Of a stretch of 64,000 nt of DNA, positions 27,354 through 35,752 are shown piece after piece. The stretch is from contig JANQEC010000023.1 in the NCBI GenBank assembly GCA_028278585.1, forward strand, positions 23,947 to 87,946, given 5' to 3'. Numbering within the stretch: the first letter of the stretch is position 1; every line of letters begins with the position of its first letter. A program made the position numbers and the translations under genes. The notes beneath the pieces are model-generated. The model worked only from the letters and a program-made list of their open reading frames with translations, was not told where the DNA came from and ran no database searches. The DNA is from Cyclobacteriaceae bacterium (GTDB taxonomy: Bacteria > Bacteroidota > Bacteroidia > Cytophagales > Cyclobacteriaceae).

Positions 27354-27429
27354 TGGCACGCCCGGGAGGAGTCGAACCCCCATAACACTGCTTAGAAGGC
27401 AGTTGCCTCATCCATTAGGCTACGGGCGC
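27354..27429 (-). tRNA. tRNA-Arg(TCT)
   Basis: cloverleaf, loop CTTCTAA. Confidence 0.95.
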
Positions 27430-27431
27430 AT

Positions 27432-27974
27432 TTATCTTTTTTGCCAGTAGAAGAAATCTTTCCAGTTTTCGTCTACGTTCTTTATCTCCTTCAATCTCTC
27501 TATGTTATATTCCTCAATACTATTTGCGATCTTCGGAGCAAATGGTTTGTTCAACAATTTCAACCCTGCCTGTGCGACAGACTTATCTGCCTTACGGTTG
27601 TTACATTCATGGCAGGAACAAACCACGTTTGTCCATGTACTTAGTCCACCTTGGCTTTTTGGTGTAACGTGATCAACCGTGTATTTGTTGTATGACACTT
27701 CTTTGCCACAATACTGACATACACCTTCATCCCTTGCCCAAATGTTCTTTCGGGTAAACGGTCTGTATATGGTGATGTTTCTTTTGGGTCTAACGTAGTA
27801 CAATAAACGTATTACGGAAGGCGCCTTCATTTTCAAATTCACGGATCGGATAGGTATATCTTCATAGGAAGACAATACTTCTACCTTTTCCTTATACCAT
27901 AGGACTATGGCTTCTTTCCAGTTCACAACAGCAACTGGCATATATGAACGATTCAATACCAGTACGTCACGCAT
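27432..27974 (-). CDS. HNH endonuclease (McrA-like)
   Basis: VLVLN, RDxxxCQYCG, TVDHVTPKSQGG, CHECNNRK. Confidence 0.92.
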   Translation of the reverse strand: MRDVLVLNRSYMPVAVVNWKEAIVLWYKEKVEVLSSYEDIPIRSVNLKMKAPSVIRLLYYVRPKRNITIYRPFTRKNIWARDEGVCQYCGKEVSYNKYTVDHVTPKSQGGLSTWTNVVCSCHECNNRKADKSVAQAGLKLLNKPFAPKIANSIEEYNIERLKEIKNVDENWKDFFYWQKR

Positions 27975-28138
27975 AAATGCCTTCCTTAAATGTCTTCTAT
28001 GAGTTGTCTCTTTTTCTTCTTGAAAATTCTCTTTGCTTCGGCTTTCTCTGTGAGAAATCTTTTTCCCTTCTTTGTCTTTAAACGGATCCTGTCTTTTCTG
28101 TTCTTCGGATGCATTTGATTTATCACTCCTTTCTTTTA

Positions 28139-28181
28139 AATATACGTTATTCCACTTCTCATTTCAAGAGAATTTTTCTGG
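28139..28181 (-). promoter_or_regulatory. sigma70-like early promoter
   Basis: CCAGAAAA...TTGAAA-17 nt-TATATT. Confidence 0.7.
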
Positions 28182-28187
28182 CATGTT

Positions 28188-28263
28188 TGGTGGAGGTAGC
28201 CGGCTACGATCCGGCGGCCTCTGGTTTGCAGGACCAGCGCTCTACCAACTGAGCTATACCCCC
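28188..28263 (-). tRNA. tRNA-Ala(TGC), non-canonical (C33, T-loop ATCGTAG)
   Basis: G3:U70 pair, loop CCTGCAA. Confidence 0.9.
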
Positions 28264-28265
28264 AT

Positions 28266-28505
28266 TTATATTTCTGTCTTTATTCTTGTTGCCAAATCAT
28301 TGGTATAATTGACAACTTGTTTTCCACGTTCTTCTTGTTCTCGCCATCCTGCTGCCGTAACTAGCATTTTGTATTTTGAAGACCAGACAAGACTATTGGA
28401 ATATTGCGGAATGTAACTTGGCAACTTGGAAATTTCTGCTCGCAAGTCATACCTAATATTTCGTCTTTTCCATGCCGATCTAATATGGTTAAGAAGTTGT
28501 TTCAT
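28266..28505 (-). CDS. hypothetical protein
   Basis: ORF between tRNAs. Confidence 0.5.
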   Translation of the reverse strand: MKQLLNHIRSAWKRRNIRYDLRAEISKLPSYIPQYSNSLVWSSKYKMLVTAAGWREQEERGKQVVNYTNDLATRIKTEI

Positions 28506-28513
28506 TTTCCGTT

Positions 28514-28591
28514 TGGTAGCCACACAAGGATTCGAACCTTGGATCTCCTGTTTGTAAGACAGGCGCTTTTAACCTACTAAGCTATGCGGCC
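28514..28591 (-). tRNA. tRNA-Val(TAC)
   Basis: loop CTTACAA. Confidence 0.93.
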
Positions 28592-28599
28592 ATTTATTC

Positions 28600-28674
28600 T
28601 GGTACGGACGGGCGGTATTGCACCGCCGTTTCCGGCTTATCAGACCGGCGCACTCACTATTGTACTACGTCCGT
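28600..28674 (-). tRNA. tRNA-Ile(GAT), T-loop TGCAATA
   Basis: loop CTGATAA. Confidence 0.88.
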
Positions 28675-28686
28675 ATAATCTCTCTC

Positions 28687-28902
28687 CTAATCTGGTTTAT
28701 TGATAGGTCCCCACCATTCCCCAACATCGAAATCGTTATGTTCTACAACTCTCCATTCCATGCCGTATGAATCAATAGGTTCCGAATCTACAATTATTCC
28801 GTTTATTACTTCGAATACTTTGTACTCAAATTTCGGCCAATCTGGATTTAGTCTCCACCAATACCAACCATCTGACAAAGCACTTTCAGTTTTTATCCAC
28901 AT
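28687..28902 (-). CDS. Trp-rich hypothetical protein
   Basis: GWYWWR...EWWGPI. Confidence 0.6.
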   Translation of the reverse strand: MWIKTESALSDGWYWWRLNPDWPKFEYKVFEVINGIIVDSEPIDSYGMEWRVVEHNDFDVGEWWGPINKPD

Positions 28903-29427
28903 CTATTGTACTTTCTTCCTAATCTCTTTGATAATCTTTTTCTGCACCGGAGTCAACTTTCTTTTTAGGTTGTCCAGTATGAAATTCGTTTCCTTTGTAT
29001 ACTTATCTTTGAATTTTGCAGAACCAGTATCCAAATCCTTTACGTTATCCAACCTATCACACAATTTGACAGTCAAGGCACCCTCACTCATTTTGGACAT
29101 CTTATCCAAAAGGAACTTTGCCTTTCCTAATCGTTTTATCCCTTCATCCGAGCTGGTTAATTCTTTTACCAGATCCGTAATCGTTTTACCAAAGTTCTCC
29201 CTCAATTCCTTCTCTGTTGCATTGGTATCTTCCAACGTATCGTGAAGGTATGCCGCGGCCACAAGGTCTTTGTCTTTGGTGAACTTGTTGACCAACTTTG
29301 CCACACTTGACGGATGTACAAAGTATTCCTTACCAGAGAACTTCCTGACTTGCCCCTTGTGCTTCTCTTGGGCGAATCGGATTATGTCTCTGATGGATTC
29401 AGTTATGTAGAATTCTTTGAAAGACAT
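28903..29427 (-). CDS. HD-domain (p)ppGpp-hydrolase-like protein (Mesh1/SAH type)
   Basis: HKGQVRK, YFVHP, AAYLHDTLEDT, VKLCDRLDN. Confidence 0.9.
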   Translation of the reverse strand: MSFKEFYITESIRDIIRFAQEKHKGQVRKFSGKEYFVHPSSVAKLVNKFTKDKDLVAAAYLHDTLEDTNATEKELRENFGKTITDLVKELTSSDEGIKRLGKAKFLLDKMSKMSEGALTVKLCDRLDNVKDLDTGSAKFKDKYTKETNFILDNLKRKLTPVQKKIIKEIRKKVQ

Positions 29428-29441
29428 TTCGTTTCCTTAAT

Positions 29442-29520
29442 TGGAGCACCAAGGGGGATTCGAACCCCCACGACCAGTTTGGAAGACTGGCATGCTAAAT
29501 CCGTTAAACATCATTGGTGC
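29442..29520 (-). tRNA. tRNA-Gly(TCC)
   Basis: loop CTTCCAA, U73. Confidence 0.93.
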
Positions 29521-29529
29521 ATTTATTTA

Positions 29530-29605
29530 TGGTGCCGGCTCTCCGAGTCGAACGGAGTTCTGAGGTTCTTCAAACCCCCGCAATGACCGCACTTGCTCAA
29601 CCGGC
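29530..29605 (-). tRNA. tRNA-Phe(GAA)
   Basis: loop TTGAAGA. Confidence 0.88.
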
Positions 29606-29612
29606 ATATTTT

Positions 29613-29885
29613 CTAAAGTCGTGACAACCTCTCCAATTCCATTTTTAGATTTTCGATTGCATTAGAATAATCGCCAAAAGCATCTTTGATTTCTTGGTCA
29701 AGTTTTCTAACTCTCATGTTCACTTTCTTTACTGGGGTCACTGCATTTAGTACATCTCCATGTGCACCATGAACTTTGTCAAAAACCTTTCCATCTAAGA
29801 GTTTCAAAGCTTTCGTGGCCATTGCACCTTCTTTTCCTTCTTCTAATACCCTGTCGATTTTTTTCTTTACGTCTGGCATTTTCAT
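29613..29885 (-). CDS. hypothetical protein (possible head-internal protein)
   Basis: AGGAG RBS; N-terminus KIDRVLEE. Confidence 0.65.
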   Translation of the reverse strand: MKMPDVKKKIDRVLEEGKEGAMATKALKLLDGKVFDKVHGAHGDVLNAVTPVKKVNMRVRKLDQEIKDAFGDYSNAIENLKMELERLSRL

Positions 29886-29891
29886 TTTCTC

Positions 29892-30101
29892 CTATATGAG
29901 CTTCTTGTCCATTATATGCTTGAATTGTTTGAAGTCGATATTCTTATTATGAATCCATTGCCAAAGTATCTTCAACTGTTCATCTCTTGGCTTCGTTTTG
30001 ATTTTCTTTACCTTATCTTCTAAACGCCCAGCCTCAAAATCTCTCAACGATTTTCCTCTGCCCAAAAACTCATTGATTTTTTCTGCTGCTTCCGACATCA
30101 T
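29892..30101 (-). CDS. hypothetical protein
   Basis: GGAG RBS. Confidence 0.6.
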   Translation of the reverse strand: MMSEAAEKINEFLGRGKSLRDFEAGRLEDKVKKIKTKPRDEQLKILWQWIHNKNIDFKQFKHIMDKKLI

Positions 30102-30120
30102 AAATGTCTCCGTTGTTAAA

Positions 30121-30195
30121 TGGCGGTCTGTACGGGAATCGAACCCGTGGCAATGGATCGACAGTCCACTATGTTACGCACTACACCAACAGACC
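30121..30195 (-). tRNA. tRNA-Asp(GTC)
   Basis: loop CTGTCGA, G73. Confidence 0.92.
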
Positions 30196-30201
30196 TATAT
30201 T

Positions 30202-30278
30202 TGGTCGGGGAGGTGGGATTCGAACCCACGGTCCCTGGTTCCCAAAACCAGTGCGTTAAACCACTACGCTACTCCCCG
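30202..30278 (-). tRNA. tRNA-Pro(TGG)
   Basis: loop TTTGGGA. Confidence 0.95.
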
Positions 30279-30286
30279 TTATTTTC

Positions 30287-30364
30287 TGGTCGCGGTGGGG
30301 AGATTCGAACTCCCAACCCCTCGGATCCAAACCGAGTGCGCTAAAGCCGTTGCGCTACACCACG
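30287..30364 (-). tRNA. tRNA-Pro(TGG) second copy, A37
   Basis: loop TTTGGAT. Confidence 0.9.
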
Positions 30365-30398
30365 AAATTTCCATGTAAGTATTTATTATTCTATTCCA

Positions 30399-31184
30399 TC
30401 AGATTTCATTTGTTTCGATTGTTTGTCCCTGTATAGCGAATCCAACGAAACCAGAATCTATAGCTTTTGTTTGCCATTCCTCCAAATTATCACATACATT
30501 ATCTTGATAATGAACCAGATACATCTTCTTTTTTGTTTCCTCATCCAAGGTACACAATTCATCAAAGTGGGCATGTACACCCGATTTGTAAGGTGCCGTT
30601 TCACAATCTTGAATAATGGTGTCTGCTTGATTGTAAAAATCCTGTATTTGATTTGGGCAGTGCTGTGTATCTCCTGTGATGTAAATGTTTTTCCCGTTGC
30701 AACGAATCATCAAACCATATGTCCGAACAATCGAATACCCATTCATAATATGAACAGATTGAACAATCTTGAACCTTGAAGTATGCCCAAACATGAACGA
30801 TTCATTTTCTTCGATTTCCTTGACATCAAAATAGTCTCGTAAATTGACTACCTTTCCTTGGATGGAACCCAACCCCAATGACAGGGCATTGTTCCAAACA
30901 TCATCCAGCAATCCTTTGTTGCCGTATAGTATTGGTTTCTTACAGGTGGGATCGAAGTAGGTACAAAAACCCAAATACTCCATTCCACCAATATGATCGG
31001 CGTGACCATGTGTAATGTAGATGGCATCAATATCCTTATATGTCAATTTTTGATCTTGTAATGCCCAGCGAATGTCACCACCGGCATCTACCAATAGTTT
31101 CTTTTCTTCGTTCTCAATCAAAAGGTTTGTCTGGTAGTTCTTCATGCAAAATGCTGAACCTGTGCCAAGAAATGTGATTTTCAT
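30399..31184 (-). CDS. MBL-fold metallo-hydrolase (RNase Z/BN-like)
   Basis: FLGTGS, THGHADHIGG, TGDT, HAH, VHY. Confidence 0.88.
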   Translation of the reverse strand: MKITFLGTGSAFCMKNYQTNLLIENEEKKLLVDAGGDIRWALQDQKLTYKDIDAIYITHGHADHIGGMEYLGFCTYFDPTCKKPILYGNKGLLDDVWNNALSLGLGSIQGKVVNLRDYFDVKEIEENESFMFGHTSRFKIVQSVHIMNGYSIVRTYGLMIRCNGKNIYITGDTQHCPNQIQDFYNQADTIIQDCETAPYKSGVHAHFDELCTLDEETKKKMYLVHYQDNVCDNLEEWQTKAIDSGFVGFAIQGQTIETNEI

Positions 31185-31888
31185 CTATACTCCCATTTGT
31201 CTATGTAGAACCCTAATCGGTTCTCAATGTATTTGATTTGTTCCGGTTTCAATTCCTTTTTGTAACTACATGCCTCACCCCTTCTGAATATGCCTGGCTT
31301 CTGTATCTTCGATTTCCCGAAGTTCTCTGTTATCATCTTGTTTGTGTGTCCGGGATCAAGACCGATTATCTCACACAAATTCTCAATGATGAAATTTGGA
31401 TCATACAACAATTCTTCATACTTCAACGTGTACACATTTTTGTGATCTACAAACGGCAAAAATGGTTTCATGTGATCTTCGTATTGTTTTATCGAATCAT
31501 CCACGTTCACACTACTGTAAAACTCTGTCGCCAACATTGAATTGATAACTGCCCGGGGATCCCTTACAATGTGAAGTACCATGACTTCCGGCATTGCCTT
31601 CAGAATCTTTCCCATTACAATCATGTGTGTCGGGGATTTTTCCACCAGAAACTTGCCCGGGTTTCTCATACTCACTTGGGTTAGTCGATGTTCCGCAAAC
31701 TCTATGGAGTCTGTAACGAAACAACCCGTTTCACAACGGACAAGGTTTCCCTTTATGTTTCTTGAGGAAATGTCTGGATGGATATGTTCGATGGTGATCC
31801 CAACCGTTTCGGGATGTGAGTCTAACAATGACCAAAGCCAAGTCGTTCCCGATCTTGGCACACCTACAATCAATACAAGATTTTTCAT
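31181..31888 (-). CDS. sulfotransferase
   Basis: GVPRSGTT, EKSP, RDPRAVINS, YEEL. Confidence 0.88.
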   Translation of the reverse strand: MKNLVLIVGVPRSGTTWLWSLLDSHPETVGITIEHIHPDISSRNIKGNLVRCETGCFVTDSIEFAEHRLTQVSMRNPGKFLVEKSPTHMIVMGKILKAMPEVMVLHIVRDPRAVINSMLATEFYSSVNVDDSIKQYEDHMKPFLPFVDHKNVYTLKYEELLYDPNFIIENLCEIIGLDPGHTNKMITENFGKSKIQKPGIFRRGEACSYKKELKPEQIKYIENRLGFYIDKWEYR

Positions 31889-31895
31889 GGTAAGA

Positions 31896-32100
31896 AAAGG
31901 GGGATAGTCATTCTAAAGACTTATGACGGAGGACATACGACAGAAAACCGAAAGACTTAGGACTAAAAAGCGTTAGGACTTTATCTTTATCGGCTCATAA
32001 CCATGAGTAGTTTCGGTCTACATGAAGTAGTTATATTCACGATTCATGAATCACGAATGACCCAATCCTCAATGAACGTTTTGAACAACTATCCGCCCCT
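31896..32100 (-). ncRNA. putative structured ncRNA with GUC heptad repeats
   Basis: terminal stem GGATAGTTGTTC/GAATGACTATCC plus AGGG/CCCT, internal hairpins, 7-nt periodic GTC track. Confidence 0.6.
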
Positions 32101-32107
32101 GTTATTT

Positions 32108-32542
32108 TTAGATTTCGGTTGTTGCGTTGAACTCGTCCAGTTCATCCACAATAGCTTCAATCCTTTCTTCCAAACTCTTGACTTGTGTTCTCTTGTCGGC
32201 AAGTGTCAATTGGGATTTGTATTCCAATGTTCCTTCGCCGTAAGAACGTGCCTGAACACCGTTAGTAACGGAAATGTTCTTGACCGTTGACAAGTAATCC
32301 TTCAATTCGCCAAGGGTAAGAATCTGTTTGTACTTTCCACCGTTGACGTTTGCCACCATGATCTTGTTTTTGAGGTCAACCAATTCTTCTTTCTTGGCAT
32401 CCATTTCATCAATTAGATCGTTATATTTTTCTTCAAACTCGTTATCCTTCAATGTAGTGCTGCTGGATTGAAGTCTGGAATTGAGTTCTGAAATTTCCCC
32501 TTTCAACTTGGTTACTTTCTTGAGGGCTTTGGCAATTTTCAT
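32108..32542 (-). CDS. DIP1984/DUF6847-like coiled-coil protein
   Basis: MKIAKALK...LKNKIMVAN...IEAIVDELDEFNATTEI pattern. Confidence 0.7.
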   Translation of the reverse strand: MKIAKALKKVTKLKGEISELNSRLQSSSTTLKDNEFEEKYNDLIDEMDAKKEELVDLKNKIMVANVNGGKYKQILTLGELKDYLSTVKNISVTNGVQARSYGEGTLEYKSQLTLADKRTQVKSLEERIEAIVDELDEFNATTEI

Positions 32543-32587
32543 ATCACATACTCCTTGTGGTTTTTGTTTACTTTTTCGTAATCGAAG

Positions 32588-32642
32588 TATTTATAATATA
32601 TATTCTGAAAAATAGGGGGGTCAAGAATTATTTTCTGGATCC
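32588..32642 (-). promoter_or_regulatory. overlapping early (sigma70-like) and late (TATAAATA) promoters
   Basis: GGATCCAGAAAA...TTGACC-18 nt-TATATT; TATAAATA at 32588-32595. Confidence 0.7.
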
Positions 32643-32648
32643 TAAAAT

Positions 32649-32725
32649 TGGTAGGAGAGGTGGGAATTGAACCCACTATCATCCGCTTATAAGACGGAGG
32701 CATTTACCGATTGTGCTACTCTCCC
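32649..32725 (-). tRNA. tRNA-Ile(TAT)
   Basis: cloverleaf, loop CTTATAA, A73. Confidence 0.88.
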
Positions 32726-32732
32726 ATGTAAT

Positions 32733-32857
32733 TGGCGGGAAGTGCGCCCTATACAAGTAAGGGACATGTTCGCATTTTCACTCTCCGCTCCGTTTCTGTA
32801 GCCTTTGTTTGCAACCAAAGACAACGTTGTTGATCTACGGTTCCCTTGTAACTTCCC
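32733..32857 (-). ncRNA. 125-nt tRNA-like RNA (acceptor stem + NCCA, no canonical D/T loops)
   Basis: GGGAAGT/ACTTCCC-G-CCA, located between two tRNAs. Confidence 0.65.
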
Positions 32858-32864
32858 ATATATT

Positions 32865-32941
32865 TGGTAGCCGAGGCAGGATTCGAACCTGCAACTTCCA
32901 CGTTCAAAGCGTGGCGCTCTAAACCATTGAACTACTCGGCT
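32865..32941 (-). tRNA. tRNA-Gln(TTG)
   Basis: loop CTTTGAA. Confidence 0.92.
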
Positions 32942-33407
32942 ATTTCTTCGGTCTTGATTTCAACCTTTCTTTGATCTTCTTGAAACGTTCTTCTCGTATG
33001 GTTTCCCATTTATTTTGGCATCCATCACAAAAACACTTCACCCACACACTATCTTTGGATACCCGTCTTACTCCCTTCTTATGAGGCTTTCCACAAATCT
33101 CACAAACTCTTTCAGAATAGTTTTCGTACTTACCAGTAATTGCCCATGACTTTTGCAGTAAATCTACATCGGATTTTTTACTACTATCATAATCTTCTAT
33201 GCCAACGTATGTTCTTAACAGTCCGAATTTTTCTTTTACCTGTTTAAGTCTCATTCGTTTTTCAGGATCGGCTTTCTCTAATTCGTTGCACATATCATCA
33301 ATTAGTGTATACCAACCGGATTCACATTCAATGCCGTAGATTCCAACAAGACTATTCTTTTCGCTGAAAAGACTTTTATGGTTTTGTTTCAACTTACTTT
33401 CGTTCAT
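32940..33407 (-). CDS. conserved phage hypothetical protein
   Basis: GWYTLI...QVKEKFGLLRTY...CEICG. Confidence 0.8.
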   Translation of the reverse strand: MNESKLKQNHKSLFSEKNSLVGIYGIECESGWYTLIDDMCNELEKADPEKRMRLKQVKEKFGLLRTYVGIEDYDSSKKSDVDLLQKSWAITGKYENYSERVCEICGKPHKKGVRRVSKDSVWVKCFCDGCQNKWETIREERFKKIKERLKSRPKK

Positions 33408-33588
33408 TCTTCCGGTCTTCCTCTATTTTCTTTCCAAGTGCTCCGGCAGCAATAACCAAAACTCTAAATGTGCTGACTCCCAGCTCCTTGGCTTTAGTTA
33501 TACTTTTGTCTGCCAATTCTCTGGAGTCTATTCCATTTCTTAGACCTTCCAACATCATTTGTTCTAACTTCTTTTCATTGTCAGTCAT
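33394..33588 (-). CDS. hypothetical protein
   Basis: GAGGA RBS. Confidence 0.55.
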   Translation of the reverse strand: MTDNEKKLEQMMLEGLRNGIDSRELADKSITKAKELGVSTFRVLVIAAGALGKKIEEDRKNERK

Positions 33589-33607
33589 TTTTCTTTCCTC
33601 TCAAGTA

Positions 33608-33681
33608 TGGTGGGCCCAGGCAGAATCGAACTGCCGTCTACGGATTAAAGGTCCGCAGCTTTACCCCTAAGCTATAGGCCC
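33608..33681 (-). tRNA. tRNA-Lys(TTT), C33
   Basis: loop CCTTTAA. Confidence 0.9.
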
Positions 33682-33689
33682 ATAATTTA

Positions 33690-33784
33690 TGGTGGGCAGG
33701 GAGGGAATTGCACCCACAACGTTTTCCACAAGGGACTGGTTTTACAGACCAGCGCGGCACGATCTAATAGCCGACCTCCTACCC
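33690..33784 (-). tRNA. tRNA-Tyr(GTA), atypical D- and T-loops
   Basis: loop CTGTAAA, long variable region, T-loop TGCAATT. Confidence 0.8.
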
Positions 33785-33791
33785 ATAATTT

Positions 33792-34025
33792 CTAATGCCA
33801 GTAAACCTTTGTCTTTACGATTTCGTTTTCCTTGTTTCGTTTTGACAATAGTTTCTTTTCTTTTTCTTCCTTTGGCTTGTTCTTCTTTTCTTCTCGTCTT
33901 TTTGCGAACTTTTCCAAACGTTTCAAATGTCTTTCTTGCTTCTTTCTTTTGTTCTCTTGTCTACGTGCTTCTGTGTACTTGCCTTTCTTCTTTCCTGCTG
34001 ATCTTGGTGCTGTTCCTTTTCCCAT
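33792..34025 (-). CDS. very basic hypothetical protein
   Basis: K/R-rich ORF with GGAG RBS. Confidence 0.55.
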   Translation of the reverse strand: MGKGTAPRSAGKKKGKYTEARRQENKRKKQERHLKRLEKFAKRREEKKNKPKEEKEKKLLSKRNKENEIVKTKVYWH

Positions 34026-34027
34026 TT

Positions 34028-34300
34028 TCAAAATCTCCCCATAATTCTATCGGCCTGGACCTTTTTTGCTTTTTCATTGCGTATCTTATACCATACTATC
34101 AATTCATATCGAGCAATACTGTTTTCAACCTTTTTACATCTTAGGCAAACTCTATTATAATAGCGAAAACAACTATTTCCTACTACCCGAACACGCCGTC
34201 TGCCTTCACTTTTTGCTCTTACGTTTTCCTCTATTTGTTCGGGATAAAGTACATCATATACATACCAATCATGGATTCCAATTTTACAACGTAAACTCAT
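34028..34300 (-). CDS. CxxGxHxW zinc-finger-like protein
   Basis: CKIGIHDW...RVCLRC. Confidence 0.6.
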   Translation of the reverse strand: MSLRCKIGIHDWYVYDVLYPEQIEENVRAKSEGRRRVRVVGNSCFRYYNRVCLRCKKVENSIARYELIVWYKIRNEKAKKVQADRIMGRF

Positions 34301-34320
34301 TATTTCCCCTACAAAAAAAA

Positions 34321-34397
34321 TGGAGCCAGCGGCAGGATTTGAACCCGCAACACCCACATTACAAGTGTGGTGTTCTACCAGATTGAACTACGCTGGC
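34321..34397 (-). tRNA. tRNA-Thr(TGT)
   Basis: loop CTTGTAA. Confidence 0.95.
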
Positions 34398-34403
34398 ATA
34401 TCT

Positions 34404-34478
34404 TGGAGATCGTGGTGGGATTCGAACCCACGATTAACAGTTTTGCAGGCTGTCGCCTTACCACTTGGCTACACGATC
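34404..34478 (-). tRNA. tRNA-Cys(GCA)
   Basis: loop CTGCAAA, U73. Confidence 0.93.
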
Positions 34479-34567
34479 ACATAATTCCACGTTCCGCAGT
34501 GCGGGCAAATTCCGTCTTTAGAATAATACACACAACCACAAACACATACTACCATTTCATTTCTCCT

Positions 34568-34652
34568 TGGTGGCCCCGGAGAGATTTGAACTCTCACACC
34601 CATTCGGGCACCAGATTCTAAGTCTGGCGTGTCTGCATTCCACCACGGGGCC
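34568..34652 (-). tRNA. tRNA-Leu(TAG)
   Basis: loop CTTAGAA, variable arm. Confidence 0.95.
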
Positions 34653-34663
34653 ATACTTTATTT

Positions 34664-34743
34664 TGGTAGCTCTGGTGGGAGTCGAACCCACAAATTTTCA
34701 CGGATTTTGAATCCGCAGCATACGCCAATTCTGCTACAGAGCC
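34664..34743 (-). tRNA. tRNA-Leu(CAA), no long variable arm
   Basis: loop TTCAAAA. Confidence 0.88.
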
Positions 34744-34970
34744 GTTTTCATTCGGCCAAATTACTTTATCCTTTTCCTTTCTAATTGGTTTTCTTCCGTA
34801 CTTCATTTTATTTTCTCTTTGGATAAAAGTACCTAATATGTAATCTCCAAAAAAATAGGCATATCAGTAATTCCTCAACATATTCTCCATTGTAAATATC
34901 GGGAATAAAATCCCAACCAACATGGAAAAAATTATTTGGTCTTTCAAGAAATATATCCATATTTTCCTTT

Positions 34971-35062
34971 TGGCGGAGAGCAAGGGAATTGAACCCTCAG
35001 CCCGGATAACCGGACAACTGCTTAGCAGGCAGCCCCAACGAACCAGTATTTGGCTACTCTCC
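34971..35062 (-). tRNA. tRNA-Ser(GCT)
   Basis: loop CTGCTAA, variable arm, G73. Confidence 0.92.
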
Positions 35063-35068
35063 ATAACT

Positions 35069-35154
35069 TGGCGGAAGATAGACGAATCGAACGCCCGTCC
35101 GTTAAGACGCCCTGGTTTTCAAGACCAGTTGCCGACCATTCAGCGGTATCTTCC
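35069..35154 (-). tRNA. tRNA-Ser(TGA)
   Basis: loop CTTGAAA, variable arm, G73. Confidence 0.92.
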
Positions 35155-35156
35155 AT

Positions 35157-35651
35157 TTATGTCCACAAATAATTCCTTATCTTAATCAGTCTAATCAACA
35201 TCAATTCTTCTTCAAGGTTTAGTTTTCGTTCCATATCATGCAACTTCAAATGTAGTTGTCGTTCCTTTTCAGAATGATTGAATTTTACTTCTGTAAATTT
35301 CTTATCCTTACACTCCACATACTTCGGGCTTGCTTCGTTGTGCCAATCAGTTAGTGCCTTGTCTATGTCCTCTTGTCTAACATCATAGTTAATCCACCAT
35401 CCATAGATAGCTTCGATTTCTTTTTTCACATGTTGGTGTCTTTCCTCTGAATCCCAATCAATGTGCTTGAATGGTTCTTCATTTTCAATGTAGTCCACCA
35501 AAAGATTCATCATTCCATACAACATTCTGGAATCCGTATCCCACCAAGTTCCCGGTGCCAATCTTGTATCAATCAAATGCATCCTTGTAAACAATCGGTG
35601 ATACAAAGTATTAAACCATTTCAATTTTCTTAGCAATCTAACTATCCACAT
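35157..35651 (-). CDS. conserved phage hypothetical protein
   Basis: IYGWW...MLIRLIKIRNYLWT end. Confidence 0.75.
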   Translation of the reverse strand: MWIVRLLRKLKWFNTLYHRLFTRMHLIDTRLAPGTWWDTDSRMLYGMMNLLVDYIENEEPFKHIDWDSEERHQHVKKEIEAIYGWWINYDVRQEDIDKALTDWHNEASPKYVECKDKKFTEVKFNHSEKERQLHLKLHDMERKLNLEEELMLIRLIKIRNYLWT

Positions 35652-35670
35652 TTTTCTTCCTCACTTTTTA

Positions 35671-35746
35671 TGGTGTGGCCGGTGGGATTTGAACCCACTC
35701 CGCCGCAGTCACAGTGCGATATGCTACCACTTACACCACAGCCACC
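35671..35746 (-). tRNA. tRNA-His(GTG)
   Basis: loop CTGTGAC, G-1 present, A73. Confidence 0.9.
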
Positions 35747-35752
35747 ATACTT

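Noticed and set aside
27432-27974. HNH gene as a mobile intron/homing element
   Set aside because: It is a free-standing McrA-like HNH; no interrupted host gene or intron structure is evident.
30120-30344. ORFs overlapping tRNA genes (also 33689..34144, 34469..34654, 36392..36703)
   Set aside because: They are fully explained by tRNA sequence.
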